This document shows, piece by piece, positions 27,241 through 36,408 of a stretch of DNA of 63,991 nt; the stretch's first letter is position 1, and every line of letters starts with the position of its first letter. The position numbers and the translations under genes are program-made. The stretch is from positions 1 to 63,991 of IMG/VR virus record IMGVR_UViG_3300036780_000089. The stretch is one strand, 5' to 3'. Below the pieces are notes generated by a model. It ran no database searches. It had not been told where the DNA came from and saw only the letters and a list, made by a program, of their open reading frames with translations. Origin of the DNA: a virus. Its lineage: Duplodnaviria; Caudoviricetes.

Positions 27241-29118
27241 GTGGCGCGCAAGTTCGATTTCGGCGTTGACCTGAATCTGAACCGCGCTGTCAACGTCGCC
27301 ACCGGCATAGCGGCCTCGGACGCCGCCACCGTCGCGCAAACCGTGGCAACCGGTGCCCTGGTGCTCAACGTCCACGACTACGGCGCCACCGGCAACTACC
27401 GCAGCGCCACCACGGGCGCCATGACAGCCGGATCGGCCGTGCTCACCGACGCGTCCGGCACGTTCAGCGCGGCAGACGTCGGCAAGCTCATCACCGTTGT
27501 GGGCGCCGGGTCCAGTGCTGACCTGTCCACCACCATTGCGAGCGTCCAGAACGCCACACAAGCCACGTTGACCGTGTCCGCGTCCACGACAGTCAGCGGC
27601 GCCGGATACGGCTACGGCAGCGATGACGGCGCCGCGCTCAACGCTGCGATCACAGCGGCCGGAACCCTCGGCGCCACCGTGTACCTACCGCCCGGTGGCT
27701 ACGCGGTCGGCTCGGCCATCGCACCGGCCAGCAACGTTGCGGTTGTCGGCGCGGGAATCGGTGCCAGCATCGTGTACCCGTTCGGCACCGTCGCCGCGTT
27801 CCAATTCCTCGCGTCGCTGGCCTCACCGCTCACCTCGTTCACGCTGGCACACCTGAGCATTGACGGTGTCCGCCAAGTCGGGCCGTACAACGTGAGCATC
27901 AAAGGCGTGTTCACCCAATACTGCTCGGCGTGCACGTTTGAAGATCTCATCATCCGCAACACCGTTGCCACCGGCATGGGCGCCGACTTCCTCACCAACG
28001 GCACCGTCATACACGCGGTACGTGTCGTCAACTGTGGACGGCTCAACCAAGGCGGCGTGTCCGGTGGCGGCGGCAACGGGATCGGTGTCGGCACCGGCAA
28101 GTCAACCGTTGAAGCGTTTTCGATCAGCCAATGCTACGCGTACGGCAACGGCCGATACGGGATCATGGTCGAATCGCAGACCGGTACGACGTCGCGCGGC
28201 GCGCGAATCAGCAACTGTTTCAGTCAAGGCAACTACAACCACGGGTACGGCGACGCTGGCACGTCACACGCCGCGTGGTTCAACAATGTGGCCTACGCTA
28301 ACAGCTTTGACGGATTCAGCATCGACAATGGCACCGTGGGCGTCACAGCCGTTCCCAGCGACAACAGCGTGTACAACGGATGCGTGGCGCTGTCCAACTC
28401 CCGCTATGGGTTCAGCTATCAGCCATCGGCAGGCACCAATCCCGGTGGCGGCAACATTGCGTACGTCGGATGCCGGTCCGTGTCCAACACGTCATTGGGG
28501 TTCCAAAGCAACTCGATAGCAAGTCATCCGGTCACCGGAATCAGCTACCTTGCGTGCGAGGCCGTGAATAACGGCGCGTCCGGTATCCAAGTGTCCAACC
28601 CGATGAACGATCTCAAGATCTCGGGTTGTCGACTGGCCAGCAACGGACAGACCAGCAGCACCAGCAAGACCGGCGTACAACTCAACGCCAATGTCACCGG
28701 ACTACAGATAGATCACAACCGGATTTACGACGATGCCGGTACGCAGAAACAAACCTATGCAATCGTCGTGCCATCCGGTGTCACACTCACTACCGGACAT
28801 GTCAGCGGCAACGATGTACGCGGCAACCTCACCGGTACGGTGAGCCAAAGCGGCACACTGTCCGGTGTGGTGTTGCGCGACAACGTTGGTTACACACCCG
28901 CCATTACACAGCCCGGTGTGCCAACGTCCACAACCGTGTACACCAACAACCTTGGTGTTGACTGCGAAGTACACATCACTGGTGGCACGGTCACAGTGGT
29001 TGCTGTCAACGGCATCACAACCGGTGCCACATCAGGCACGTTCATCGTCCGTGCACTGTCCACCATCACCATCACGTATTCGGTCGCACCAACATGGGTG
29101 TGGATACCGCAAGGATGA
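27241..29118 (+). CDS. Right-handed beta-helix (pectate-lyase-like) tailspike/depolymerase
   Basis: LNVHDYGATG...DDGAALNAAI...VYLPPGGY followed by repeated NxxxGF/YG beta-helix rungs. Confidence 0.82.
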   Translation: MARKFDFGVDLNLNRAVNVATGIAASDAATVAQTVATGALVLNVHDYGATGNYRSATTGAMTAGSAVLTDASGTFSAADVGKLITVVGAGSSADLSTTIASVQNATQATLTVSASTTVSGAGYGYGSDDGAALNAAITAAGTLGATVYLPPGGYAVGSAIAPASNVAVVGAGIGASIVYPFGTVAAFQFLASLASPLTSFTLAHLSIDGVRQVGPYNVSIKGVFTQYCSACTFEDLIIRNTVATGMGADFLTNGTVIHAVRVVNCGRLNQGGVSGGGGNGIGVGTGKSTVEAFSISQCYAYGNGRYGIMVESQTGTTSRGARISNCFSQGNYNHGYGDAGTSHAAWFNNVAYANSFDGFSIDNGTVGVTAVPSDNSVYNGCVALSNSRYGFSYQPSAGTNPGGGNIAYVGCRSVSNTSLGFQSNSIASHPVTGISYLACEAVNNGASGIQVSNPMNDLKISGCRLASNGQTSSTSKTGVQLNANVTGLQIDHNRIYDDAGTQKQTYAIVVPSGVTLTTGHVSGNDVRGNLTGTVSQSGTLSGVVLRDNVGYTPAITQPGVPTSTTVYTNNLGVDCEVHITGGTVTVVAVNGITTGATSGTFIVRALSTITITYSVAPTWVWIPQG

Positions 29119-29132
29119 ACAGGCGGTGACAC

Positions 29133-29378
29133 GTGAGCATGCGTCGACCAGCCATCGGCGACATGGTGCACTACACCAGCTATGGCACACCGCACGGTGA
29201 ATACACTTCCCAATGTCGTGCTGCTGTTGTTGCTGGTATCCCTGATATCAATGACACCACTACCATTGAGCTGTGCGTGTTGAATCCAACAGGGATATTC
29301 TTTCATGAATCAATACATCATGATGTGTCATTGAATAAAGAATATCGTGGTGGCACATGGCATTGGACATGCACATGA
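29133..29378 (+). CDS. Small SH3-like hypothetical protein
   Basis: PAIGDMVHYTSYGTP...CRAAVV...LCVLNPTGIFF...GGTWHW. Confidence 0.75.
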   Translation: MSMRRPAIGDMVHYTSYGTPHGEYTSQCRAAVVAGIPDINDTTTIELCVLNPTGIFFHESIHHDVSLNKEYRGGTWHWTCT

Positions 29379-29551
29379 CACACCAGCAGACAGAGCACGT
29401 CACGGTTGCCGAGGCAGTCAGCAACGCGGCACGACTACTGCACCACGCCGAACTAGAAACCAACCTCGCCACCGTCGAACGGCTCGATTCACTCGCCGAC
29501 TCATGGCTGAACATGGCCGCATTGCTTTCACAATGCGACACGATCACTTGA
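29375..29551 (+). CDS. Small helical hypothetical protein
   Basis: ATGA coupling; 58 aa. Confidence 0.6.
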   Translation: MTHQQTEHVTVAEAVSNAARLLHHAELETNLATVERLDSLADSWLNMAALLSQCDTIT

Positions 29552-29587
29552 TCCACGATCCAATAAAGGCGCAGGTCGAAACGGACA

Positions 29588-29835
29588 TAGGGGGGTATAA
29601 CCTCCCAACAATGTGCCCGCGGAACCGGGAGTTTCCGAGGGTCGCGGTGCGCACTATGAATTCAGTAAATCCGGTTTAATATACGGGTATTACTGGCATT
29701 CTTCGCGGAATTCGGCATGAAAGGTGGTGAATTGCTCATGCTTTCTTGTATTCTCCAGTTTCTTCAAACTGTTCTCGGTGCCCTCTGACTATCCGTGCTA
29801 TTCACCATGACATTTTCTCGATGGGAGGTGAATTC
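29588..29835. other. Probable cos/packaging-site region
   Basis: Non-coding, visibly AT-richer, directly upstream of terS; GGGGGGTATAACCTCCC; GAATTC at 29658, 29708 and 29830. Confidence 0.45.
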
Positions 29836-29837
29836 CG

Positions 29838-30290
29838 ATGGTGGCGCGTGGCAATGCGACGCCGGGGAAGCGCAGCCGACCCCGCGATCAGGCTCGACTC
29901 ATCGCCGCGTTTCAAGATCTTGAGTGGGACGGCCACATTCGCGGCTTCCCGCTTCCCAAGGGTGCCCTACTGGACGGCGAGGAATGGCACCCCATGACGG
30001 TGTCGTGGTGGGATACGTGGCGCCGCTCGGCGCAGGCCATGAAAATGGTCGAGACCGACTGGCAAGAGCTGTTGGCCACGGCGGTGTTGCATCACGACAT
30101 GTGGGCGCACGGCCGAATGAACATGGCGGCCGAGATCAGGCAGCGCGTGAAACGGTTCGGCGCGACCGTCAGCGACCGCGTGACCCTGCGCATGAACCTG
30201 ATGGAACCGGGCACGTCGGAGGACAACGACGCGGCCAGTTCGGACACGGTCACCGACATTGCGTCCCGCCGGTCGCGGTTGTCGAGTTAG
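29838..30290 (+). CDS. terS: Terminase small subunit
   Basis: WHPMTVSWWDTWRRSAQA...TDWQEL...AAEIRQRVKRFGATVSDR actinophage TerS signature. Confidence 0.88.
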   Translation: MVARGNATPGKRSRPRDQARLIAAFQDLEWDGHIRGFPLPKGALLDGEEWHPMTVSWWDTWRRSAQAMKMVETDWQELLATAVLHHDMWAHGRMNMAAEIRQRVKRFGATVSDRVTLRMNLMEPGTSEDNDAASSDTVTDIASRRSRLSS

Positions 30291-30302
30291 GAGCGTGGCC
30301 TG

Positions 30303-30509
30303 ATGCGGTTGCCGTTGAGCACCGATCCGGAGATTCGCGCCATTCAGACCGAACCGTGTAGCCGGTGCGGCCACGGCGGACACTGGCACCGGCTAGACGA
30401 CGCCACCAACCTTGGCCCGTGTGATCCGGGCGCGCGGTTCCGTTGTCTCGGCCCGGCATTCGTCGGGTGCCCGTGCCCGGACATGGTGCGCGCGTCCATC
30501 GTGGGGTGA
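30303..30509 (+). CDS. Small Zn-finger protein
   Basis: CSRCGHGGHWH...C...CPC. Confidence 0.6.
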   Translation: MRLPLSTDPEIRAIQTEPCSRCGHGGHWHRLDDATNLGPCDPGARFRCLGPAFVGCPCPDMVRASIVG

Positions 30510-30512
30510 CCC

Positions 30513-30800
30513 ATGTGGGCATTCCTTGCGCACGTGCTCGGCGTGGACGACGTGTCGGGCCGCTGGTATGCGTGGTGGTCCGGGTTCGCCGGGGACCTGT
30601 CGAGTTTCGCGCTGTTCGGCGGCGCCTACGCGCTGATACGGCGCCACAACTGTGACGTTCACGGGTGTTGGCGCCTCGGCGTGCTCCCGACCGACGTCGG
30701 CGGCATGGTCCACCACGTGTGCAAGCGGCATCATCCGGGCGCGCCGACCGCCGACGACGTGTGCCGAGCTGCCGACGCGCCCGGTTCAGCCGACACCTGA
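30513..30800 (+). CDS. Small membrane protein with Cys/His tail
   Basis: WYAWWSGFAGDL...HNCDVHGCWRLG...CKRHHP. Confidence 0.7.
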   Translation: MWAFLAHVLGVDDVSGRWYAWWSGFAGDLSSFALFGGAYALIRRHNCDVHGCWRLGVLPTDVGGMVHHVCKRHHPGAPTADDVCRAADAPGSADT

Positions 30801-30837
30801 AATTCGCTGAACCCGCCTGAACTTCCGGGGGCGCGTC

Positions 30838-32481
30838 ATGCCGAGGTCACTGGTTACGGCACCCCGCCATAGCCGCTCACGCTCCCTCGGGTGGCTGGTG
30901 TTGGCGTGGTTGGAACATTGGACGGTCCACGGCCCCGGCGACGTTCAGGGCGAACCTGTGACACACGGCGATGAGTTGAGCGGTTTCGTCGCCGACTGCT
31001 ACGCGTTGGACGACGACGGGCGGCGCCTGTATGACTCGGCGTTCCTGTCCCGGCCCAAGGGTGCCGACAAGAGCGGCCTAGCGGCCCGCCTGGCGCTTGT
31101 CGAGGCGCTAGGGCCAGTCCGGTTCGGCGGATGGGCGCAGGGCGGCGAGCTGTTCTCCTGGCACGGTTTCCGGTACCGCTACGGCCCCGGTGAGCCGATG
31201 GGGCAGGCCGTCACCGTGCCCTACGTCCGATGCCTGGCCACTGAGGAACAACAGGTTGGCAACGTCTATGACGCGGTGCACTTCAACTTGACGGACGGCC
31301 CGCTGTCCGAGGTGCCCGGCATTGACTGTGGCCTCACGCGGACCCTGCTCCCCGATGGCGGGGAAATCACGCCGTCCACGGCGGCGTCCAGTTCCAAGGA
31401 CGGCGGCAAAGAGACCTTTTGCGTATTCGACGAAAGCCACCTGTACAACACCGCCGAGCTACGGCAGATGTACAAGACCGTGACCCGAAACCTGGTCAAG
31501 CGCCGCCGGGTCGCCGAACCGTGGTACATCGAAACCACCACGATGTTTATGCCCGGCCAAAACTCCATTGCGGAATCCACGTACGAACTGGCCGAGGCAA
31601 TTCGGGAAGGACGCGCCCGCCGCACCCGCGCACTGTTTGATCACCGTTGGGGCGAATGCGGGGACCTGACCAACGAACCCGCGTTGCGCGCCGCCGTCCA
31701 GGATGCCTACGGCGACGCCATGGACTGGATCGACCTGTCCGCCGTGGTGGACGAGTTTTACGATCCGCGCGCCGACGTCATCGACAGCCGCCGCTACTTT
31801 CTCAACGCGCGCACCTCGGCCTCGGACGCGTGGATTGCCGCCGATGAGTGGGCGTCGTGCGCCGATCCGACGTCCACATTGCACGACGGTGACACGATCA
31901 CGCTCGGGTTTGACGGCGCCGTACGGTCAGACAGTACCGCGCTGGTCGCGGCCCGCGTCGCCGACGGCCACATTTTCCTGTTGGGGTGCTGGGAAAAGCC
32001 CGTCACGCAACGGGAATCGTGGGAGGTCGACCGGGAAGCGGTTGACGCCACCGTGTCCGCCGCGTTCGACCGGTACGACGTCGTGGGTTTCTACGCGGAC
32101 CCGCCGCATTGGCAGGACTATGTGGACCGTTGGGCGCGCGAATTCGGGGAACGGTTGCGTATCAAGGCATCCGCGCAACGTCCAATCGAATGGTGGACCA
32201 ACCGTCCCAAAGTGATGGTGGACGTGCTGTCCCGCTTTCATGACGCCGTGATCGAAGGCCGGCTTGTCCACGACGGTGGCAGTGTCCTTACGCGACACGT
32301 ACTCAACGCGCGGCGTCGGCTCGGCCGATCCGGCATCACGATCGCCAAGGAACACCCTCAATCCGACCGGAAAATCGATGCGGCCGTGGCCGCCGCACTC
32401 GCGTACGAGGCACGCGCCGACGCCGTGGCAACCGGTGTGCGCACAGAGAAACGCCGTACCCGCAAGCTCTACAGGTTCTAG
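30838..32481 (+). CDS. terL: Terminase large subunit
   Basis: SRPKGADKS Walker A, FCVFDESH Walker B, LGFDGAVRSDSTALV, KIDAAVA. Confidence 0.95.
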   Translation: MPRSLVTAPRHSRSRSLGWLVLAWLEHWTVHGPGDVQGEPVTHGDELSGFVADCYALDDDGRRLYDSAFLSRPKGADKSGLAARLALVEALGPVRFGGWAQGGELFSWHGFRYRYGPGEPMGQAVTVPYVRCLATEEQQVGNVYDAVHFNLTDGPLSEVPGIDCGLTRTLLPDGGEITPSTAASSSKDGGKETFCVFDESHLYNTAELRQMYKTVTRNLVKRRRVAEPWYIETTTMFMPGQNSIAESTYELAEAIREGRARRTRALFDHRWGECGDLTNEPALRAAVQDAYGDAMDWIDLSAVVDEFYDPRADVIDSRRYFLNARTSASDAWIAADEWASCADPTSTLHDGDTITLGFDGAVRSDSTALVAARVADGHIFLLGCWEKPVTQRESWEVDREAVDATVSAAFDRYDVVGFYADPPHWQDYVDRWAREFGERLRIKASAQRPIEWWTNRPKVMVDVLSRFHDAVIEGRLVHDGGSVLTRHVLNARRRLGRSGITIAKEHPQSDRKIDAAVAAALAYEARADAVATGVRTEKRRTRKLYRF

Positions 32482-32492
32482 GAGGTACCGCC

Positions 32493-32840
32493 GTGCCGGT
32501 GGAAACCAAAGTGTCGGCGGCGTCGGTCGCATCCACGCTGACCGGTCTCGTGGTGATGCTGATCGGCACGTTGGTGTTCCACGGCGCCGACGTGCCCGCC
32601 CTGGTGGTGAGCATCGCCGGGGCACTCGTCACGGGCGCCGTGACGTTCATTGCCGGATGGGTAGCGCGACACACACCCCGTCCACCCGAGACAACCGGCA
32701 CGGGCAACTCGGCGCCGCTCACCACGTCGCCGCCCACTGTGGCGCCCGCGTCGGCCAGCTCGGCGACGCCACCGGCTGACCTCCCGGTGACGCCGCCGAG
32801 CGTCCCGCCGAGCACGCCGCCGACGTCGGGGAGCGCGTGA
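32493..32840 (+). CDS. Holin-like two-TM protein
   Basis: PVETKVSAA...TFIAGWVARHTPRP. Confidence 0.65.
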   Translation: MPVETKVSAASVASTLTGLVVMLIGTLVFHGADVPALVVSIAGALVTGAVTFIAGWVARHTPRPPETTGTGNSAPLTTSPPTVAPASASSATPPADLPVTPPSVPPSTPPTSGSA

Positions 32841-33005
32841 GTGTTCTCCCAAGATTGGTGCGTGGCAATCAGTATCGGTCTGCTGTTCTACGTCCTAGCC
32901 GACCTCGTTTCGCACCGTACGTGGCATATCGCCGTGCTGGTCGTCGCCCTGGTGGCGTTCACGGCCGCCGTTGTGCTGTCCGTGACGGTCATTCCCGCGC
33001 CCTGA
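32841..33005 (+). CDS. 54-aa two-TM membrane protein (not in ORF track)
   Basis: MFSQDWCVAISIGLLFYVLADLVSHRTWHIAVLVVALVAFTAAVVLSVTVIPAP. Confidence 0.55.
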   Translation: MFSQDWCVAISIGLLFYVLADLVSHRTWHIAVLVVALVAFTAAVVLSVTVIPAP

Positions 33006-33035
33006 CACGGTCGCTGACACCCTGGGAGGCTCGCC

Positions 33036-34460
33036 GTGTTGGATGACACCACCACGCCCGGTGCGCCCGGCTGGTGGCTGCTACGGCTCGGCCGCCGACT
33101 GGACGCGCAACGGCAGCGGTTCGACCGGCTGTCCCAATACCACCGTGGCGAGCACCCGCTACCGTTCGGCAACCGCAAGATGCGGGAAGCGTATAAGCGC
33201 CTGCAAAAGCAATCGCGGTCGAACTACGTCGGACTGATCGCTGAGACGCTGCTGGAAAGGATGAAAGTCACAGGCTTTCGGGCCGGTGGCGCGGCAACGG
33301 ACGCGACGGACAACCAGGCGTGGGGATGGTGGCAGGCCAACAAAATGGATGCCAACAGCGGCCTAGTTCACCGGGCCGCCGTGGTCATGTCTCGCGCGTA
33401 CGTCATCGTCGGGGACAACGGCCAAGGGCAACCGCTGGTCACCGGGGAAGACCCCCGGCAGGTCATCCACGAAAGTGACCCGGCCGACCGGTATTCGATC
33501 CGGGCCGCACTCAAAGTCTGGGCGGACGACGTCGAAAACCGGGCGTTCGCGGTGCTGTACTTGCCTGACACGATCCACTACTACCGGTCCACGGTCCCCA
33601 TTAACAACTTGGCGACCGCGTGGCATCCGGCCACTTGGGACGTTGACTCGTCCAACGAGTTTGCGCCGTTCGGGACGGCCATCAACACGTTGGGCGTGGT
33701 ACCGGTGGTGCCGTTCATCAACCGGCCCGACCTTGCCGGGAACGGACTCGGCGAATTCGAGGACGTGACCGACGTACAGGACCGAATCAACACGATCACC
33801 CTTGACCTGTCAGTGATATCCGGCATGCAAGCCTACCGGCAACGGTGGGTGAAAGGCGTGGACCCGGAAGACGACAAGGGCAACCCGCAAACCCTGTTCG
33901 ACCCTGGCGCCGATCTACTGTGGATCACACCAGAGGATGACGCACAGTTCGGCGAATTCGGCGCAACCGACCTGTCACCACTGATCGCCGCGATTGAGTC
34001 GTCGGTGCAAACCCTGTGCGCCATCACTCGTTGTCCGCCGCACTATCTCATCGGGCAAATTGTGAACGTGTCCGGTGACGCCCTGGCGGCGGCAGAAACT
34101 CCGCTCACGATGAAAGTCGTTGAGAGAGAACAGGAATTCGGCGAGTCGTGGGAGGCCGTCTACCGGCTAGCGGGGAAGGTGCTCGGCATCGACATATCCG
34201 ACGACGCCGAGGTGATCTGGAAAGATCCGCAGTTCCGCACGCTCACGGAAATGGCTGCCGCGTCGGTGCAACTAGAGGCCGCCGGGGTGCCGTGGCGGAC
34301 GCGCATGTTCATGTTGGACAAGACCCCGCCGGAAATCGACCGGATGCAAAAAGAGCGGGAAACCGACGCCACGCTGAACGCGCCGATACCGGTCATGCCG
34401 CCCGCGCTCGCCGCGTCGGTGCACCCGCCGAACGCCAAGATTCCGACCGCCAACGTGTAA
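33036..34460 (+). CDS. Portal protein (SPP1 gp6-like)
   Basis: YHRGEHPLP, SNYVGLI, GVVPVVPFINR, QDRIN, NVSGDAL, FGESWE. Confidence 0.93.
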   Translation: MLDDTTTPGAPGWWLLRLGRRLDAQRQRFDRLSQYHRGEHPLPFGNRKMREAYKRLQKQSRSNYVGLIAETLLERMKVTGFRAGGAATDATDNQAWGWWQANKMDANSGLVHRAAVVMSRAYVIVGDNGQGQPLVTGEDPRQVIHESDPADRYSIRAALKVWADDVENRAFAVLYLPDTIHYYRSTVPINNLATAWHPATWDVDSSNEFAPFGTAINTLGVVPVVPFINRPDLAGNGLGEFEDVTDVQDRINTITLDLSVISGMQAYRQRWVKGVDPEDDKGNPQTLFDPGADLLWITPEDDAQFGEFGATDLSPLIAAIESSVQTLCAITRCPPHYLIGQIVNVSGDALAAAETPLTMKVVEREQEFGESWEAVYRLAGKVLGIDISDDAEVIWKDPQFRTLTEMAAASVQLEAAGVPWRTRMFMLDKTPPEIDRMQKERETDATLNAPIPVMPPALAASVHPPNAKIPTANV

Positions 34461-34475
34461 CCGAGGGGCGGAACG

Positions 34476-34742
34476 ATGAGCACACCCGCCAACGATGAAA
34501 TGCGACGCCTTGTCCAGCAAGGCAAAGCAATGCCTGCCCCGAACCAGGATCGGCCGGGACGATTTCAGATCCGCAACGGTGATGATCTCGCGAGCGCGAT
34601 CAGGGCGGTAGGCCGTGTACGCCCCAACACCGACGAAGCGCGCGGAAAAGTGCGCCGTTTCATCATCTCACGGGCACGCGCGCTGAACCTGTCCAGTCGC
34701 ATCCCGGACAACTGGAACGCGGACGGCAGCTTGAAATCCTGA
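34476..34742 (+). CDS. Small basic head-associated protein
   Basis: GRFQIRNGDDLASAIRAVGR...FIISRARAL...IPDNW. Confidence 0.7.
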   Translation: MSTPANDEMRRLVQQGKAMPAPNQDRPGRFQIRNGDDLASAIRAVGRVRPNTDEARGKVRRFIISRARALNLSSRIPDNWNADGSLKS

Positions 34743-34800
34743 ATTCCCTTGCTGGTAGCCGAAACGGTCCCACCAGCGCACCCGAAACGGGGAAACACTC

Positions 34801-35334
34801 ATGTCAGACGACAGTACCGACGCTCAACAGCTTCTCACGGACGCGGTCAACGCCAACCAGCAGGACACGGCGCCCAAGCCCACCGACACCACGCCGAAAG
34901 CCGCAACGGCTACGCCGTGGGATGACCTGGGATCGTTCGACGACGTGAAAAAGCGGCTCGAACACTCGCGCACGTGGGAAAAGCGAGCCAAAGAGAACGC
35001 CGACGCGGCGAAAAAGCTTGCCGATATCGAGGAAGCGAGCAAGACCGAGGCGCAAAAGCTGCAAGACCGGTTGGCAGCGGCCGAAACGGAGCTGACCGAG
35101 CACCGCGTGCGTGACATTCGCGCCCGCGCGGCCCGCGAAGCCGGTCTTGACACCGATATGGCGGAGTTTTTGACCGCGTCGGAGCCTGACACCGCACTTG
35201 CGCAAGCAAAAGCGCTCGCCAAGCGCGTACAACCGGCAAAGCCCGACCTACGCCAAGGCGCACGCACTGCCACGCAGACCAAAGAGGACCCGAACGCGTG
35301 GCTACGCCGCGCCGCTGGCTACACCACCCCCTGA
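34801..35334 (+). CDS. Head scaffolding protein
   Basis: SRTWEKRAKEN...KTEAQKL coiled coil; PDLRQGAR; precedes the capsid gene. Confidence 0.85.
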   Translation: MSDDSTDAQQLLTDAVNANQQDTAPKPTDTTPKAATATPWDDLGSFDDVKKRLEHSRTWEKRAKENADAAKKLADIEEASKTEAQKLQDRLAAAETELTEHRVRDIRARAAREAGLDTDMAEFLTASEPDTALAQAKALAKRVQPAKPDLRQGARTATQTKEDPNAWLRRAAGYTTP

Positions 35335-35395
35335 CTGAGCCGATTCCTGCCGGGCCAGTGGGGTTCTTTTAGCTCACATTCACGGAGGAAACCCC

Positions 35396-36355
35396 ATGGC
35401 CGACTACGGCGACATTATTTCGCGGGCGTCGACCGGTTCCGATCCCCTTGTGCCGGAACCGGTCAGCACCGCCATCATCGAGGAACTTCCCAAGCAATGC
35501 GCGGTACTTCAGCGCGCCCGCAAAGTCCAGATGAGCGCCAAGACTCAGCGTATGGCCGTTCTGGACGTGCTCCCGGTCGCCTATTTCGTCAACGGTGACA
35601 CCGGAATGAAGCAGACTTCTTCCCAGAAGTGGAAGAATGTTTCCCTGGTCGCCGAGGAAATCGCCACCATCGTGCCGATTCCCGAATCGTACCTTGCGGA
35701 CGCCGACGTTCCCGTGTGGGACGAAGTCAAGCCGCGCATGACCGAGGCTATCGGCGCGCTCATCGACGGTGCGTGCCTGTTCGGCGTGGGCCGTCCGTCC
35801 ACCTGGAACACCAGCATTTACGAGGGCGCCACGGCGGCGGGCAACATCGTGACCGAGGGCACCGGCATCGACTTCGCCCAAGACGTGACGGCTGTTGGCG
35901 AGCTGTTGGCCAAGGACGGCTATTCGGTGGACGGGTTCGTGGCTCGGCCTGGCCTGAATTGGCGGCTGACCGGCATGCGTTCGCAGGGTACGAACCTGCC
36001 GATTTACCAGCCGAATTTGCAAGACGGCAAGCCCGGCGGGAACCTCTACGGCTACCCACTGGCCGAAGTGGACAACGGTTCGTGGAACGAGTCCGAGGCG
36101 CAGCTCATCGCGGGTGACTGGGATGACGCGCTGCTCGGCATGCGTGCCGATATCTCGTTCAAGCTGTTCACGGAAGGCGTTATCTCGGACGACACGGGCA
36201 AGATCGTGTTGAACTTGATGCAACAGGACAGTGTGGCCATGCGCGTGACCATGCGGCTTGCGTGGGCCACGGCGAACCCGGTCACCCCGTTGAATCTCAA
36301 CGATGCCACCCGGTACCCGTTCGCGGTGCTCAGCTCTGCCGGGCCGAACAGCTGA
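35396..36355 (+). CDS. Major capsid protein (HK97 fold)
   Basis: LVPEPVSTAIIEE, AEEIATIVPIPE, IAGDW, NLMQQDSVAMRVTMRLAW. Confidence 0.93.
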   Translation: MADYGDIISRASTGSDPLVPEPVSTAIIEELPKQCAVLQRARKVQMSAKTQRMAVLDVLPVAYFVNGDTGMKQTSSQKWKNVSLVAEEIATIVPIPESYLADADVPVWDEVKPRMTEAIGALIDGACLFGVGRPSTWNTSIYEGATAAGNIVTEGTGIDFAQDVTAVGELLAKDGYSVDGFVARPGLNWRLTGMRSQGTNLPIYQPNLQDGKPGGNLYGYPLAEVDNGSWNESEAQLIAGDWDDALLGMRADISFKLFTEGVISDDTGKIVLNLMQQDSVAMRVTMRLAWATANPVTPLNLNDATRYPFAVLSSAGPNS

Positions 36356-36408
36356 CCGAGCGGAACCGCATCGGCGCCCGCGAACCCGTGATGCGACAAG
36401 GGGAATCA

